Positions 26,032 through 39,468 are shown, counted from the first letter of the whole stretch. The stretch: 63,996 nt of DNA, filler included, from Vicugna vicugna (GCA_013265495.1; 74 parts of 73 records of this genome joined end to end with filler, not necessarily neighbours in it); one strand, 5' to 3'. Notes: generated from the sequence alone by a model not told the origin. Numbers and translations: made by a program.

Positions 26032-27458
26032 GAAAATCCTCAGGGGAGACGAGCTTAAGCATTCCGTAAGAACCCAAACGCTGCCGACCGTTGGTGGAAC
26101 TTCCCAACACTCAGGATTCCGGAACCATTGTCAGTGCGTGGGGGAGCTCGAGAGACAATTCCACGAAGCTCTCTTCAGTCACAGGTGTTCCCTGTTTGGG
26201 GAAGTCCGAGAAATACCTTTCTTGTCCTTGGGGAGGCAGCCTCTGTCACTGGGATATCCTGCANNNNNNNNNNNNNNNNNNNNNNNNNNNNNNNNNNNNN
26301 NNNNNNNNNNNNNNNNNNNNNNNNNNNNNNNNNNNNNNNNNNNNNNNNNNNNNNNNNNNNNNNNNNNNNNNNNNNNNNNNNNNNNNNNNNNNNNNNNNNN
26401 NNNNNNNNNNNNNNNNNNNNNNNNNNNNNNNNNNNNNNNNNNNNNNNNNNNNNNNNNNNNNNNNNNNNNNNNNNNNNNNNNNNNNNNNNNNNNNNNNNNN
26501 NNNNNNNNNNNNNNNNNNNNNNNNNNNNNNNNNNNNNNNNNNNNNNNNNNNNNNNNNNNNNNNNNNNNNNNNNNNNNNNNNNNNNNNNNNNNNNNNNNNN
26601 NNNNNNNNNNNNNNNNNNNNNNNNNNNNNNNNNNNNNNNNNNNNNNNNNNNNNNNNNNNNNNNNNNNNNNNNNNNNNNNNNNNNNNNNNNNNNNNNNNNN
26701 NNNNNNTCACAGGTGTTCCCTGTACGGGGAAGTCCGAGAAATAACTTCCCTGACCTTGGGGACTCAGAATCTGACACTGGGATATCTTGCAAACACCCCT
26801 ATCATTCCCTGGCCCAGAGACATTAGGAAAATCCCCAGGGGAGACGAGCTTATGCATTCCGTTAGAACCCACGCGCTGCCGACCGTTGGTGGAACCTCCC
26901 CACGCTCAGGATTCCGGAACCATTGTCAGTGCGTGGGGGAGCTCGAGAGACAACTCCACGCAGCTCTCTTCATTCACAGGTGTTCCCTGTACGGGGAAGT
27001 CCGAGAAATACCTTCCCTGACATTGGGGAGGCAGCCTCGGTCACGGGGATATCCTGCAATCACAACTTGCATTCCCTGGCACAGAAACATTAGGAAAACA
27101 ATCAGGGGAGACAAGCTAAGGCATTCCGTTAGAACCAACGCGCTGCCGACCGTTGGTGGAACCTCCCCACGCTCAGGATTCCGGAACCATTGTCAGTGCG
27201 TGGGGGAGCTCGAGAGACAACTCCACGCAGCTCTCTTCAGTCACAGGTGTTCCCTGTTCGNNNNNNNNNNNNNNNNNNNNNNNNNNNNNNNNNNNNNNNN
27301 NNNNNNNNNNNNNNNNNNNNNNNNNNNNNNNNNNNNNNNNNNNNNNNNACACCCCTAGCCTGGCACAGAGACAATAGGAAATCCCCCAGAGGAGAGAGCT
27401 TAGGTATTCCGTTAGAACAAACGCGCTTCCGACCGTTGGTGGAACCTCCCCACGCTCA
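26032..27458 (+). repeat. Satellite A array fragment
   Basis: GACCGTTGGTGG at 26881 and 27148 gives a period of 267. Confidence 0.96.
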
Positions 27459-27699
27459 NNNNNNNNNNNNNNNNNNNNNNNNNNNNNNNNNNNNNNNNNN
27501 NNTTAATTAATTAANNNNNNNNNNNNNNNNNNNNNNNNNNNNNNNNNNNNNNNNNNNNAATATCTTTAATAAATGTTGTGAAACTAAAAAAATTCAAGGA
27601 TTTATTCTTTGTAAAGTACATGCTTGTTTCTACTATTATACACTTATTCTGGCTGCTATTAAAGAACTTAGGACAGACCATCACCAATATTATTGAAAA

Positions 27700-27910
27700 A
27701 AAATTTAAAAACTATATACACCACCCAGATTGAGATAAAAAATAATTTCCAACATCCCAGATATCCTATTGTCCTTCCCAGTTAAATCACCCATCTCCAA
27801 AATCACTATTGTAACACTTATTAAAATTAGTTCTGTCTCTCTTCTAGAACTTCATATAAATTAAATTGTACAATGTGTTCTTTTATTCTGTGGCTTCTTT
27901 AGGCTTCTTT
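27700..27910 (-). mobile_element. Ancient LINE-1 (L1M-type) 3' fragment
   Basis: CCACCCAGAT..AGATA...TTTCCAACATCCCAGA and TAGAACTTCATATAAAT motifs typical of old L1M 3' ends. Confidence 0.55.
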
Positions 27911-29248
27911 TATATATGTTTTGTCTTACCATAATGTTTTAAACTGTGAGAAGTAAAGATTATAAACTACAGATGGCAAGGGCTGTCTCTACTTAATTTT
28001 TACAAAGTGCCTAGTTTATAAAATATGTTTTTATGTAAATAACACTTAATGGAGTTTTTTNNNNNNNNNNNNNNNNNNNNNNNNNNNNNNNNNNNNNNNN
28101 NNNNTTAATTAATTAANNNNNNNNNNNNNNNNNNNNNNNNNNNNNNNNNNNNNNNNNNNNTGGACAAGAACCTGGATCTTCTGCCATCTTGTCCACAAGG
28201 GTGAAAAGGCAAATGGGCAGGGGATGGTAGGGATCCTTCTTGAATTCCATGTTCTTGCTAGTTTTCATTGCTCAGCTGCCTTTAGTTTTTGTCCATGAGG
28301 CCTCTCATGAGAAGGTCACTCTGTCCTGATAGATTGAGTTTCTTATCAGCGAAAAGCTCTGGACCCACTCATATTTCCCAGAGTTTTCTGCTGACCTGCT
28401 GACACTTTATATAANNNNNNNNNNNNNNNNNNNNNNNNNNNNNNNNNNNNNNNNNNNNNNNNNNNNNNNNNNNNNNNNNNNNNNNNNNNNNNNNNNNNNN
28501 NNNNNNNNNNNNNNNNNNNNNNNNNNNNNNNNNNNNNNNNNNNNNNNNNNNNNNNNNNNNNNNNNNNNNNNNNNNNNNNNNNNNNNNNNNNNNNNNNNNN
28601 NNNNNNNNNNNNNNNNNNNNNNNNNNNNNNNNNNNNNNNNNNNNNNNNNNNNNNNNNNNNNNNNNNNNNNNNNNNNNNNNNNNNNNNNNNNNNNNNNNNT
28701 TTAAGGTTTCTGTTTTAGAATTGAATGAGCTAATTCCCTCATTTATACCTAAAATAGTGATCGCATGGTTCTATGCTGGTGCCTTGGTAGTTGATTACTA
28801 AGGGCCTCGGTAGTGAGAATGGGGGTGGGGGGGCCCTGGATAATAGAGCTTTTATTCCAGGATATGCTTGTAAAAGACTGGATGTGCAGTGGATTTTTAG
28901 TAAATATCTACTCCTTTCCTAATCTGCATTGATTGTGTATATATCTTTATACTAATATATGAACAATTTTTATTGCAATTTAAATATCTTTGTAGTATTT
29001 ACTATATCTATCTATAAAAATACGTGAAATAAAATTATTTGACTTTTATTTTCTTTTCAATATGCAAAACAAAATAAAATAGAAAAGAAAAAAGTTTTGA
29101 AGGAGTAGAAATAATTTTATTTCTGTGGAATCAATTCCTTATAATAGGTTTTTTGTTCGTGTTGTTAAAAAGCATATAAAATTGATAGGTTGTGACATAC
29201 TGGAAATGAGGTAACAGTGGAGACATACTACCCCTAAGGCAGTCATTT

Positions 29249-29433
29249 TGTTACCAAGTCCAAACTCGTTCTGCTTGCTGCATGACAGGCCAATAAATCG
29301 GGAGATGAGATGTTGGAGTAAGGAAAAGAGACTTTATTTGAAAAGCTGGCAGACCCAGAAAATGGCATATTGATATCCAGTAGATCTTTCTTCCCCAGGG
29401 CAGAATTCAGTCTCCTTTTATACCAAAAAGGGG
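29249..29433 (-). mobile_element. ERV LTR 3' end (ERV1-like)
   Basis: Sharp TGTTACC terminus (GGTAACA on minus), TTTATT poly(A) signal and CTTTTATA TATA-like box in LTR order on the minus strand. Confidence 0.6.
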
Positions 29434-29533
29434 NNNNNNNNNNNNNNNNNNNNNNNNNNNNNNNNNNNNNNNNNNNNTTAATTAATTAANNNNNNNNNNN
29501 NNNNNNNNNNNNNNNNNNNNNNNNNNNNNNNNN

Positions 29534-30373
29534 TCTTACCTCCACATCGTCTCCAACAGTTTCTATTTGTAGACTTTTCCATAATAGCCATTTGACCAGT
29601 GTGAAGTAATACCTCATTGTAGTTTTGATTTGCAATTACCTAATAATTAGTAATGTTGAGCAATTTTATCACTTGCGTGTTACTCATCTGTATGTTTTTT
29701 TGGAAAAATATTAACTCAGGTACTTTGCTCTTGTTTTTGGTTGGGTTTTTGTTTTTCACCTTGAGTTGTTTAACCTAAATCCATGTTACATTTATTAACC
29801 TACATCTATTAACCCCTGGTAACTTGCATTGTTTGCAATTATGTTCTCCAATTATACAGGCAGTCTTTTCATTTCATTGATTGTGTCCTAAGCTGTGCAG
29901 AAATTTTCAAGTTTATTTAGGTCCCACTCGCTAATTTTTGCTTTTACTTCTTTTGCCTTAGAAGACTGATATAAGAAAATATTCCTATGATATATATCCA
30001 TTAGTGTATCACCTATATTCCCTTCTAGCAGTTTTCTAGTATCAGGTCTTACATTTAAGTCCTTAATAAACTTGGATTTTATTTTTGTATATGATGTCAG
30101 GAAATGCAGGAAATGCTCTCACTGTTTTAAATGTAGATGTTCAGCTTTCCCCACACCATCCAATGACGTGACTCTCCTTTTTACATTGTGTACTTTTGAC
30201 TCTTTTATCATAGATTCATTGCTCATAGGATTGTGGAATTATTTCTAGGCTCTCTATCTGTTTTTATTAATTGTATCTCTGTGCCAATGCCATACTGTTT
30301 TTATCACTGTAGGTTTGTAGTACAGTATGGTATCTGGGAGGGTTATACTTCCAGATTTGTTGTTTTTTCTCAA
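29534..30373 (-). mobile_element. LINE-1 ORF2 3' half, decayed
   Basis: TAATAGCCATT.TGACCAGTGTGA..TA.TACCTCATTGTAGTTTTGATTTGCA and GCTGTGCAGAA motifs. Confidence 0.88.
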
Positions 30374-31361
30374 NNNNNNNNNNNNNNNNNNNNNNNNNNN
30401 NNNNNNNNNNNNNNNNNTTAATTAATTAANNNNNNNNNNNNNNNNNNNNNNNNNNNNNNNNNNNNNNNNNNNNGAGGTGAAAAATACATGCAGGTTAGAA
30501 TGGACACAGGAGAATCTGTTATTTATTATTAAAAGATAATAGAAAGACTATAGGCTCTGTCCTTGGAGCTTGATTAGATTGCTTCGATTTGTGTGTGTGT
30601 TACGTATAGTTCTATTCTGTAAGAAAATGATGAAAATGCATTTTGTCTCTCACAAATTTAATTCTGTCTTTCCNNNNNNNNNNNNNNNNNNNNNNNNNNN
30701 NNNNNNNNNNNNNNNNNNNNNNNNNNNNNNNNNNNNNNNNNNNNNNNNNNNNNNNNNNNNNNNNNNNNNNNNNNNNNNNNNNNNNNNNNNNNNNNNNNNN
30801 NNNNNNNNNNNNNNNNNNNNNNNNNNNNNNNNNNNNNNNNNNNNNNNNNNNNNNNNNNNNNNNNNNNNNNNNNNNNNNNNNNNNNNNNNNNNNNNNNNNN
30901 NNNNNNNNNNNNNNNNNNNNNNNNNNNNNNNNNNNNNNNNNNNNNNNNNNNNNNNNNNNNNNNNNNNNNNNNNNNNNNNNNNNNNNNNNNNNNNNNNNNN
31001 NNNNNNNNNNNNNNNNNNNNNNNNNNNNNNNNNNNNNNNNNNNNNNNNNNNNNNNNNNNNNNNNNNNNNNNNNNNNNNNNNNAAATTACATGTTTTGGCT
31101 TATGCACATTATGCTTATATGCTTATGTATCTGTTGTTGTATAAGTTTCTACAAAGTGGCATGCCTAATATTTTCTATATTTGATTATTTAATATATCAA
31201 TTATATTTATACATATATAAATGTATGTATGTATATACCCACATACACACATGCATATATANNNNNNNNNNNNNNNNNNNNNNNNNNNNNNNNNNNNNNN
31301 NNNNNTTAATTAATTAANNNNNNNNNNNNNNNNNNNNNNNNNNNNNNNNNNNNNNNNNNNN

Positions 31362-32198
31362 TGACGAATCCGTCATGCGTGTAGCATGTACGGAATCCGG
31401 AATTCCTTGTTGATGGAATGCATTTTAATTACATATCTGTTAGTTCGAAATCGCTCCAGAAGTATTTTTCTGTGAAAAATGCACGAATTCTAAACTGGTG
31501 TTAGGGAAAGCTTGTGAAAATCTGTACACGTGTCTAGAAGAAAATTTTCCTTTTATAGAGGATGAAACATCAGTAANNNNNNNNNNNNNNNNNNNNNNNN
31601 NNNNNNNNNNNNNNNNNNNNNNNNNNNNNNNNNNNNNNNNNNNNNNNNNNNNNNNNNNNNNNNNNNNNNNNNNNNNNNNNNNNNNNNNNNNNNNNNNNNN
31701 NNNNNNNNNNNNNNNNNNNNNNNNNNNNNNNNNNNNNNNNNNNNNNNNNNNNNNNNNNNNNNNNNNNNNNNNNNNNNNNNNNNNNNNNNNNNNNNNNNNN
31801 NNNNNNNNNNNNNNNNNNNNNNNNNNNNNNNNNNNNNNNNNNNNNNNNNNNNNNNNNNNNNNNNNNNNNNNNNNNNNNNNNNNNNNNNNNNNNNNNNNNN
31901 NNNNNNNNNNNNNNNNNNNNNNNNNNNNNNNNNNNNNNNNNNNNNNNNNNNNNNNNNNNNNNNNNNNNNNNNNNNNNNNNNNNNNNNNNNNNNNNNAGAA
32001 ACTTATCAGAGTAAATACTTCAAAGTGTATATATGCTTGTTTGGTGGATGAAAGTTCACTAATCCACATGCTCACAACTCAGAAACGCATGTTTGCCGAA
32101 TCCGTCATGCATGAATTATGTACGGAACACAGAATATCATGTAGATAGAATCTATTCCAATTACATATATCTAAGGTAGAATTCGCACCAAGAGGGTT
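31362..32198 (+). repeat. Satellite B fragment (includes variant subunit junction)
   Basis: B subunit sequence. Confidence 0.92.
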
Positions 32199-32298
32199 NN
32201 NNNNNNNNNNNNNNNNNNNNNNNNNNNNNNNNNNNNNNNNNNTTAATTAATTAANNNNNNNNNNNNNNNNNNNNNNNNNNNNNNNNNNNNNNNNNNNN

Positions 32299-32870
32299 AT
32301 ATTTTTCCAAAGAAAACATACAGATGAGTAATAGGCAAGTGATTAAAATGCACAACAATAATAATTATTGGTAATTGCAGATCAAAACCACAATGAGGTA
32401 TCATTTCACACTGGTCAAATGGCTATTATCAAAAAGTCTTCAAATAGAAAGTGTTGGAGACGATGTATTTGGTAGGAATATAAATTGGTACAACTTCTAT
32501 GGAAAAGAGTATTCAGATTTTTTAAAAAGTTAAAAGAGAACTACCATATGAAACAGTAATACTTCTCCTAGGAGAAATCTTGGAGATTTCTTGAAGGAGA
32601 AAAAATATTAAATTGAGAAGAACTAATGTTCACAACAGCACTGTTTATAATATGCAAGACACGGAAGCAATCCAAGAGTCCACTGTTGAATATGGACTTA
32701 AGAATATGTGATGTTACTGTAAATATGCAATGGAATATTACTCAGCCATGAAAAATTATGACACATTGCAATTTCAGCATCATGAATGGGCTTAGTAAAT
32801 ATTGTGCTTAGTGAAGAAACTTAGGCAAAGACAAAAGTAAATAATATAATTTATATGTGGAATCTAAAGA
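32299..32870 (+). mobile_element. LINE-1 ORF2 C-terminus and start of 3' UTR, decayed
   Basis: ATCAAAACCACAATGAGGTATCA and CAATGGAATATTACTCAGCCAT motifs. Confidence 0.88.
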
Positions 32871-33482
32871 NNNNNNNNNNNNNNNNNNNNNNNNNNNNNN
32901 NNNNNNNNNNNNNNTTAATTAATTAANNNNNNNNNNNNNNNNNNNNNNNNNNNNNNNNNNNNNNNNNNNNGAGGTGTCACTCAAAGCTGTCTGTCCCCTA
33001 GGTTCTCACGCCCAGTTTCAACATATTTTTTAGAAGTTGTAGGTATACGTGTACATCACCTCGTCTTAGAGTAAACGGTGCTTCAGCCTGACCAAGTTTA
33101 ATGTCCATATAAAAATCAGAAATCTTCCAAACTGAAGCCTGAAGAAACATTTCCCTTTTGTCCTTCCAGTCTGTCTGCCATCTGTATCCCACATCCCCAC
33201 TGCTCATCTGCGTCAGGCCACGTTCTATCTAGAAATATTTCCGGTGGGACACTTGGATAAGAACTAATTACAGCAGTAATGAAACTGGTCCCATGAACGN
33301 NNNNNNNNNNNNNNNNNNNNNNNNGGAGGCCTCAGTTGCGGCCTGCAGGGTCTGTTCACTGTGTTTTTCTGCCTGGCTTCCCNNNNNNNNNNNNNNNNNN
33401 NNNNNNNNNNNNNNNNNNNNNNNNNNTTAATTAATTAANNNNNNNNNNNNNNNNNNNNNNNNNNNNNNNNNNNNNNNNNNNN

Positions 33483-34265
33483 GACGAGTTTAGGCATTCC
33501 GTTAGAACCCACGCGCTACCGACCGTTATTGGAACCTCCCAAACCTCAGGATTCCGTAACCATTGTCAGTACATGGGGGATCTCGAGGTGACAACTCCAC
33601 GCAGCTCTCTTCAGTCACAGGTGTTCTCTGTTCGGGGAAGTCAGAGAAATACCTTCCCTGACCTTGGGGAGGCAGCCTCTGACACTGGGATGTCCTGCAA
33701 TCACCCCTAGCATTCCCTGGCACAGAGACGTAAGNNNNNNNNNNNNNNNNNNNNNNNNNNNNNNNNNNNNNNNNNNNNNNNNNNNNNNNNNNNNNNNNNN
33801 NNNNNNNNNNNNNNNNNNNNNNNNNNNNNNNNNNNNNNNNNNNNNNNNNNNNNNNNNNNNNNNNNNNNNNNNNNNNNNNNNNNNNNNNNNNNNNNNNNNN
33901 NNNNNNNNNNNNNNNNNNNNNNNNNNNNNNNNNNNNNNNNNNNNNNNNNNNNNNNNNNNNNNNNNNNNNNNNNNNNNNNNNNNNNNNNNNNNNNNNNNNN
34001 NNNNNNNNNNNNNNNNNNNNNNNNNNNNNNNNNNNNNNNNNNNNNNNNNNNNNNNNNNNNNNNNNNNNNNNNNNNNNNNNNNNNNNNNNNNNNNNNNNNN
34101 NNNNNNNNNNNNNNNNNNNNNNNNNNNNNNNNNNNNNNNNNNNNNNNNNNNNNNNNNNNNNNNNNNNNNNNNNNNNNNNNTGACCTTGGGCGCCTCTGAC
34201 ACTGCGATATCCTGCTATCACCCCTGGCATTCCCTGGTACAGAGATATTAGGAAAACCCTCAGGG
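33483..34265 (+). repeat. Satellite A fragment
   Basis: A monomer sequence. Confidence 0.94.
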
Positions 34266-34365
34266 NNNNNNNNNNNNNNNNNNNNNNNNNNNNNNNNNNN
34301 NNNNNNNNNTTAATTAATTAANNNNNNNNNNNNNNNNNNNNNNNNNNNNNNNNNNNNNNNNNNNN

Positions 34366-34899
34366 TGAGATTCTGAGTTGTGTGCATGTGGATTAGTGAA
34401 CTTTCATCCAACAAACAAAGCATATATACACTTAGAAGTATTTACTCTGACTTCATAGGTTTTTTGTATCGCCACGTTCTAAAATCATACATTTGGCACT
34501 AGAAAAGCCTCTTTGAGCGAATTCCACCAATACACATGTAATTTACCTTGTTTATATAACCATGGCATTCCGTATTCCGAAGATGTTTGATGAAACACGG
34601 ATTCCACAAAAATGCATTTCTGAGTTGTGTACATGCACATGAGAGATGATTCAACTATTAGAATTTACCTATGCACTTTGAAATATTTACTTTGACTTCG
34701 TAACTTCTTCCTATCACCAGTTTCAAGAATCACAGTTGATCTCAGAAAAACCCTCTTGGAGCGAATTCTACCCTAGAGATACGTAGATTGAATAGATTCT
34801 TTCAGCATGGTATTCGGACCTCTTGGAGCGAATTCTACCCTAGAGATACGTAGGTTGAATAGATTTTTTCAGCATGGTATTCGGTGTTCCGTACATGCT
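34366..34899 (-). repeat. Satellite B fragment (reverse)
   Basis: Reverse complement of B. Confidence 0.92.
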
Positions 34900-34999
34900 N
34901 NNNNNNNNNNNNNNNNNNNNNNNNNNNNNNNNNNNNNNNNNNNTTAATTAATTAANNNNNNNNNNNNNNNNNNNNNNNNNNNNNNNNNNNNNNNNNNNN

Positions 35000-35448
35000 A
35001 CAACTCCACGCAGCTCTCTTCAGTCACAAGTGTTCCGTGTTCGGAGAAGTCCAAGAAATACCTTGCCTTACAATTGTGGGGCAGCCTTTGTCACTGGGAT
35101 ATCCTGTAAATCCCCCTAGCATTCCCTGACACAGAGACATTAGGAAAACCCTCAGGGGAGACGAGCTTAGGCATTCCGTTAGAACCCACGCGCTGCCGAC
35201 TGTTGGTGGAACCTCCCCACGCTCAGGATTCCGAACTGTTGGTGGAACCTCCCCACGCTCAGGATTCCGGAAATATTGTCAGTGTGTGCGGGAGCTCGAG
35301 AGACAATTTCACGCAGCTCTCTACAGTCAAAGGTGTTCCGTATTAAGGGAAGTCCGAGAAATACATTCCCTGACTTCGGGGAGGCAGCCTCTGTCTCTGG
35401 GGAATCCTGCAATCACCCCCAGCATTCCCTGGCAGAGAGACATTAGGA
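35000..35448 (+). repeat. Satellite A fragment
   Basis: A monomer sequence. Confidence 0.95.
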
Positions 35449-36429
35449 NNNNNNNNNNNNNNNNNNNNNNNNNNNNNNNNNNNNNNNNNNNNTTAATTAA
35501 TTAANNNNNNNNNNNNNNNNNNNNNNNNNNNNNNNNNNNNNNNNNNNNTACACAGACACACTACAGGAATCTATTGTTCCTGTAATATCTGTACAGCCGG
35601 AATACATACCCGTCGGTTGATTTCTGCTGAAACCCCCGCACTCCCAGGATATGGATCCATTGGTTTCTTGGGGGCTGAAATTCCTAGTAATGAAGCCAAC
35701 CCCAGTGTGCACTTTACTGTCTGTCTCTTTTGCTCTTAGTACACTTTTGCAGAGCTACTTGTGTTTGTTATAGGCTTATGCCATTTCTTCTCTACGTAGG
35801 GTAGAATACGGCATTCATTCGTCCTGTTGGAAGACTTGCAAGTCTATATCACGGCCTAGGAATACCTTTGACACCAAATCGGCATTTGGGTTAGGTCACG
35901 ATATGCTCTTATGAATCAATATTGANNNNNNNNNNNNNNNNNNNNNNNNNNNNNNNNNNNNNNNNNNNNNNNNNNNNNNNNNNNNNNNNNNNNNNNNNNN
36001 NNNNNNNNNNNNNNNNNNNNNNNNNNNNNNNNNNNNNNNNNNNNNNNNNNNNNNNNNNNNNNNNNNNNNNNNNNNNNNNNNNNNNNNNNNNNNNNNNNNN
36101 NNNNNNNNNNNNTCTGCTTCTCGTTTGTTTGGCAAACACGTCAGGCCATGCATCTCTCCGTTCGCTTCAAACAGAGAGTCATATAAGCTGATTCACTTAA
36201 GATAGTGCTTCCAATCACCTATGATTTCCTGCTTCCCTCTCCCATCTTTAGGACATCTTTTTGATGTCCTCCTTGCCTTCTTCTTCTTTCTTCTTTGCCA
36301 CTCNNNNNNNNNNNNNNNNNNNNNNNNNNNNNNNNNNNNNNNNNNNNTTAATTAATTAANNNNNNNNNNNNNNNNNNNNNNNNNNNNNNNNNNNNNNNNN
36401 NNNTTAGGATCATGTTTTCTTCTATTTTT

Positions 36430-36748
36430 AACTTTTTTTATTGGTTTAAATTCATTTTACAAAGTTCTCTCCAATTCCAGCGAAGAGCACAATCTTTCAG
36501 TTAAAATTAACATATACACAATTGTTTTCCCATTTTTTCCTCAGTGAGCTGCCGTAAGATGTTTTATATATTTCCCTGTGCTATATAGTACAATCCTGTT
36601 TATCAATTCTACAATTTTGAATTCCCAGTCTATCTCTCCCTGCCCTGTGCCCCCTTGGCAACCAAAACATTGTATTCTATATTTATGAGTCTATTTCTGT
36701 TTTGAATTTCTGTTTTTTTTTTGTTTTTTGTTTTGTTTTGTTTTTAGT
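36430..36748 (-). mobile_element. LINE-1 3' UTR
   Basis: Homologous to 14700-14999 (TTTCCCTGTGCTATA, CCAGTCTATC, GCAACCA...ATGAGTCTATTTCTG). Confidence 0.82.
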
Positions 36749-36848
36749 NNNNNNNNNNNNNNNNNNNNNNNNNNNNNNNNNNNNNNNNNNNNTTAATTAA
36801 TTAANNNNNNNNNNNNNNNNNNNNNNNNNNNNNNNNNNNNNNNNNNNN

Positions 36849-37523
36849 CTAAGCTCGTCTCCCCTGAGGTTTTTTCTAATGTCTCTGTGCCAGTGAAAGT
36901 TAGGGGTGATTGCAGGATAATCCAGTGACCGAGGCTGCCTCCCCAAGGTCAGGAAAGGTATTTCTCGGACTTCCCCGAACAGGGAACTCCTGTGAATGAA
37001 GAGAGCTGCGTGGAGTTGTCTCTCGAGCTCCCCCACGCACTGACAATGGTTCCGGAATCCTGAGCGTGGGGAGGTTCCACCAACGGTCNNNNNNNNNNNN
37101 NNNNNNNNNNNNNNNNNNNNNNNNNNNNNNNNNNNNNNNNNNNNNNNNNNNNNNNNNNNNNNNNAGGATATCCCAGTGTCATACGCTGCCTCCTCAAGTT
37201 CAGGGAAGGTATTTCCCGGACTTCCCCGAACAGGGAACTCCTGTGAATGAAGAGAGCTGCGTGGAGTTCTCTCTCGAGCTCCCCCACTCAATGACTATGT
37301 TTCCGTAATCCTGAGATTTGGGAGGTTCCACCAACGTTCGGCAGCGCGTGAGTTCTAGGGGACTGCCTGTGCTCGTCTCCCCTGAGGGTTTTCCTCATGT
37401 CTCTGTGCCAGGGAAAGCTAGGGTGGGTTGCAGGAAATCCCAGTGACAGAGGCTGCCTCCCCAAGTTCAGTGAACGTTTTTCACAGACTTCCCCGAGCAG
37501 GGAACACCTGTGACTGAAGAGAG
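36849..37523 (-). repeat. Satellite A fragment (reverse)
   Basis: A core in reverse. Confidence 0.95.
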
Positions 37524-37623
37524 NNNNNNNNNNNNNNNNNNNNNNNNNNNNNNNNNNNNNNNNNNNNTTAATTAATTAANNNNNNNNNNNNNNNNNNNNN
37601 NNNNNNNNNNNNNNNNNNNNNNN

Positions 37624-38619
37624 TTGCACACACTTAAGTGAGGGACCTTCTTGTTGCTTTTTGACAGCTCTTCGTATGTTATGAACATTAACTTGTTGTC
37701 TTCATCAACATGTATCACAGAGCTTTTTCTTGTCATGTCTTGCATTTCATATTGTTCAGGAGGATTTTTATTTTGGTTGTGTCTGAAAATATTCTTATGA
37801 TAGTAAATGTCTTCCTTATGGGTTTTATCTCTGACATTATTCTTAGAAATACTTTCTTATAATGGAATAAATCTCTTCTGTAGGTTTTTTTTAATCTCTA
37901 AGATGGGGATGATAGTAGTACTTGTTAATCTAAGGGTAAGTTGAGTTAATATGAGCAAAGTGTTGTATTTGCTGTTATTAGTACTTTTTAATAGTTACAT
38001 CATGGTCTGTAATTTATCTTGTGGTCCTTATGAGAGGAATAGAATTTATTCTTTCCAGGTGATTCTCTGATTGTCCCAGGACAATTATTGAAGTCATACT
38101 TTTCTCTTTGATTTGAAATCCCACCTGTACAAATTACTTATGTACACTAGAGTCTNNNNNNNNNNNNNNNNNNNNNNNNNNNNNNNNNNNNNNNNNNNNN
38201 NNNNNNNNCTTACATATTGTAAAAATTTATTTAATAATTGTCAGTCTGAATTTTTTTGATTCTTTTCTTCCATCCCAAATTTTCTTGTCTAGTATTATGA
38301 CTTTATTATTCCTGAAGAATTCCAAAATATTTTGTTCAAGTTAAAAAAAATCAGATTGGGTTTTTCATGGGATTTTTTAGTAAGTTTTGAATTATTTAAT
38401 GAGAACATACACCTTTACAAAACTGATTTCCTCCATTCAATTTGTTGATGTCTCTACATTCACACATCTTACTTTACCCCTCAGTACAGTCCTGAAGTTT
38501 CTCCATTTAGAACATGGGCATTATTTTTAAATTTATTCCAGATTATTGTTTATGTTTTTGTCAATTTTGTAAGTGAGAATTTTTTACTATTATATTTTTA
38601 AATGCTTAAAACTGACATT
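37624..38619 (-). mobile_element. Highly decayed old LINE-1 ORF2, possibly interrupted by a MIR fragment at ~37890-37980
   Basis: T-rich with L1-like GATTGTCCCAG.AC.ATTATTGAA and TTTAAATTTATTCC. MIR-like TAAGATGGGGATGATAGTAGTAC. Confidence 0.5.
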
Positions 38620-39468
38620 NNNNNNNNNNNNNNNNNNNNNNNNNNNNNNNNNNNNNNNNNNNNNNNNNNNNNNNNNNNNNNNNNNNNNNNNNNNNNNNNN
38701 NNNNNNNNNNNNNNNNNNNNNNNNNNNNNNNNNNNNNNNNNNNNNNNNNNNNNNNNNNNNNNNNNNNNNNNNNNNNNNNNNNNNNNNNNNNNNNNNNNNN
38801 NNNNNNNNNNNNNNNNNNNNNNNNNNNNNNNNNNNNNNNNNNNNNNNNNNNNNNNNNNNNNNNNNNNNNNNNNNNNNNNNNNNNNNNNNNNNNNNNNNNN
38901 NNNNNNNNNNNNNNNNNNNNNNNNNNNNNNNNNNNNNNNNNNNNNNNNNNNNNNNNNNNNNNNNNNNNNNNNNNNNNNNNNNNNNNNNNNNNNNNNNNNN
39001 NNNNNNNNNNNNNNNNNNNNNNNNNNNNNNNNNNNNNNNNNNNNNNNNNNNNNNNNNNNNNNNNNNNNNNNNNNNNNNNNNNNNNNNNNNNNNNNNNNNN
39101 NNNNNNNNNNNNNNNNNNNNNNNNNNNNNNNNNNNNNNNNNNNNNNNNNNNNNNNNNNNNNNNNNNNNNNNNNNNNNNNNNNNNNNNNNNNNNNNNNNNN
39201 NNNNNNNNNNNNNNNNNNNNNNNNNNNNNNNNNNNNNNNNNNNNNNNNNNNNNNNNNNNNNNNNNNNNNNNNNNNNNNNNNNNNNNNNNNNNNNNNNNNN
39301 NNNNNNNNNNNNNNNNNNACGCGTCTTCTTCTGCAACTCAGTGCTCGATAAGTCATCAGGGGAAAGCGNNNNNNNNNNNNNNNNNNNNNNNNNNNNNNNN
39401 NNNNNNNNNNNNTTAATTAATTAANNNNNNNNNNNNNNNNNNNNNNNNNNNNNNNNNNNNNNNNNNNN

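Noticed and set aside
32998..33207. 69-aa minus-strand ORF preceded by an AG acceptor-like site
   Set aside because: No recognisable domain, length within chance expectation, and no supporting context
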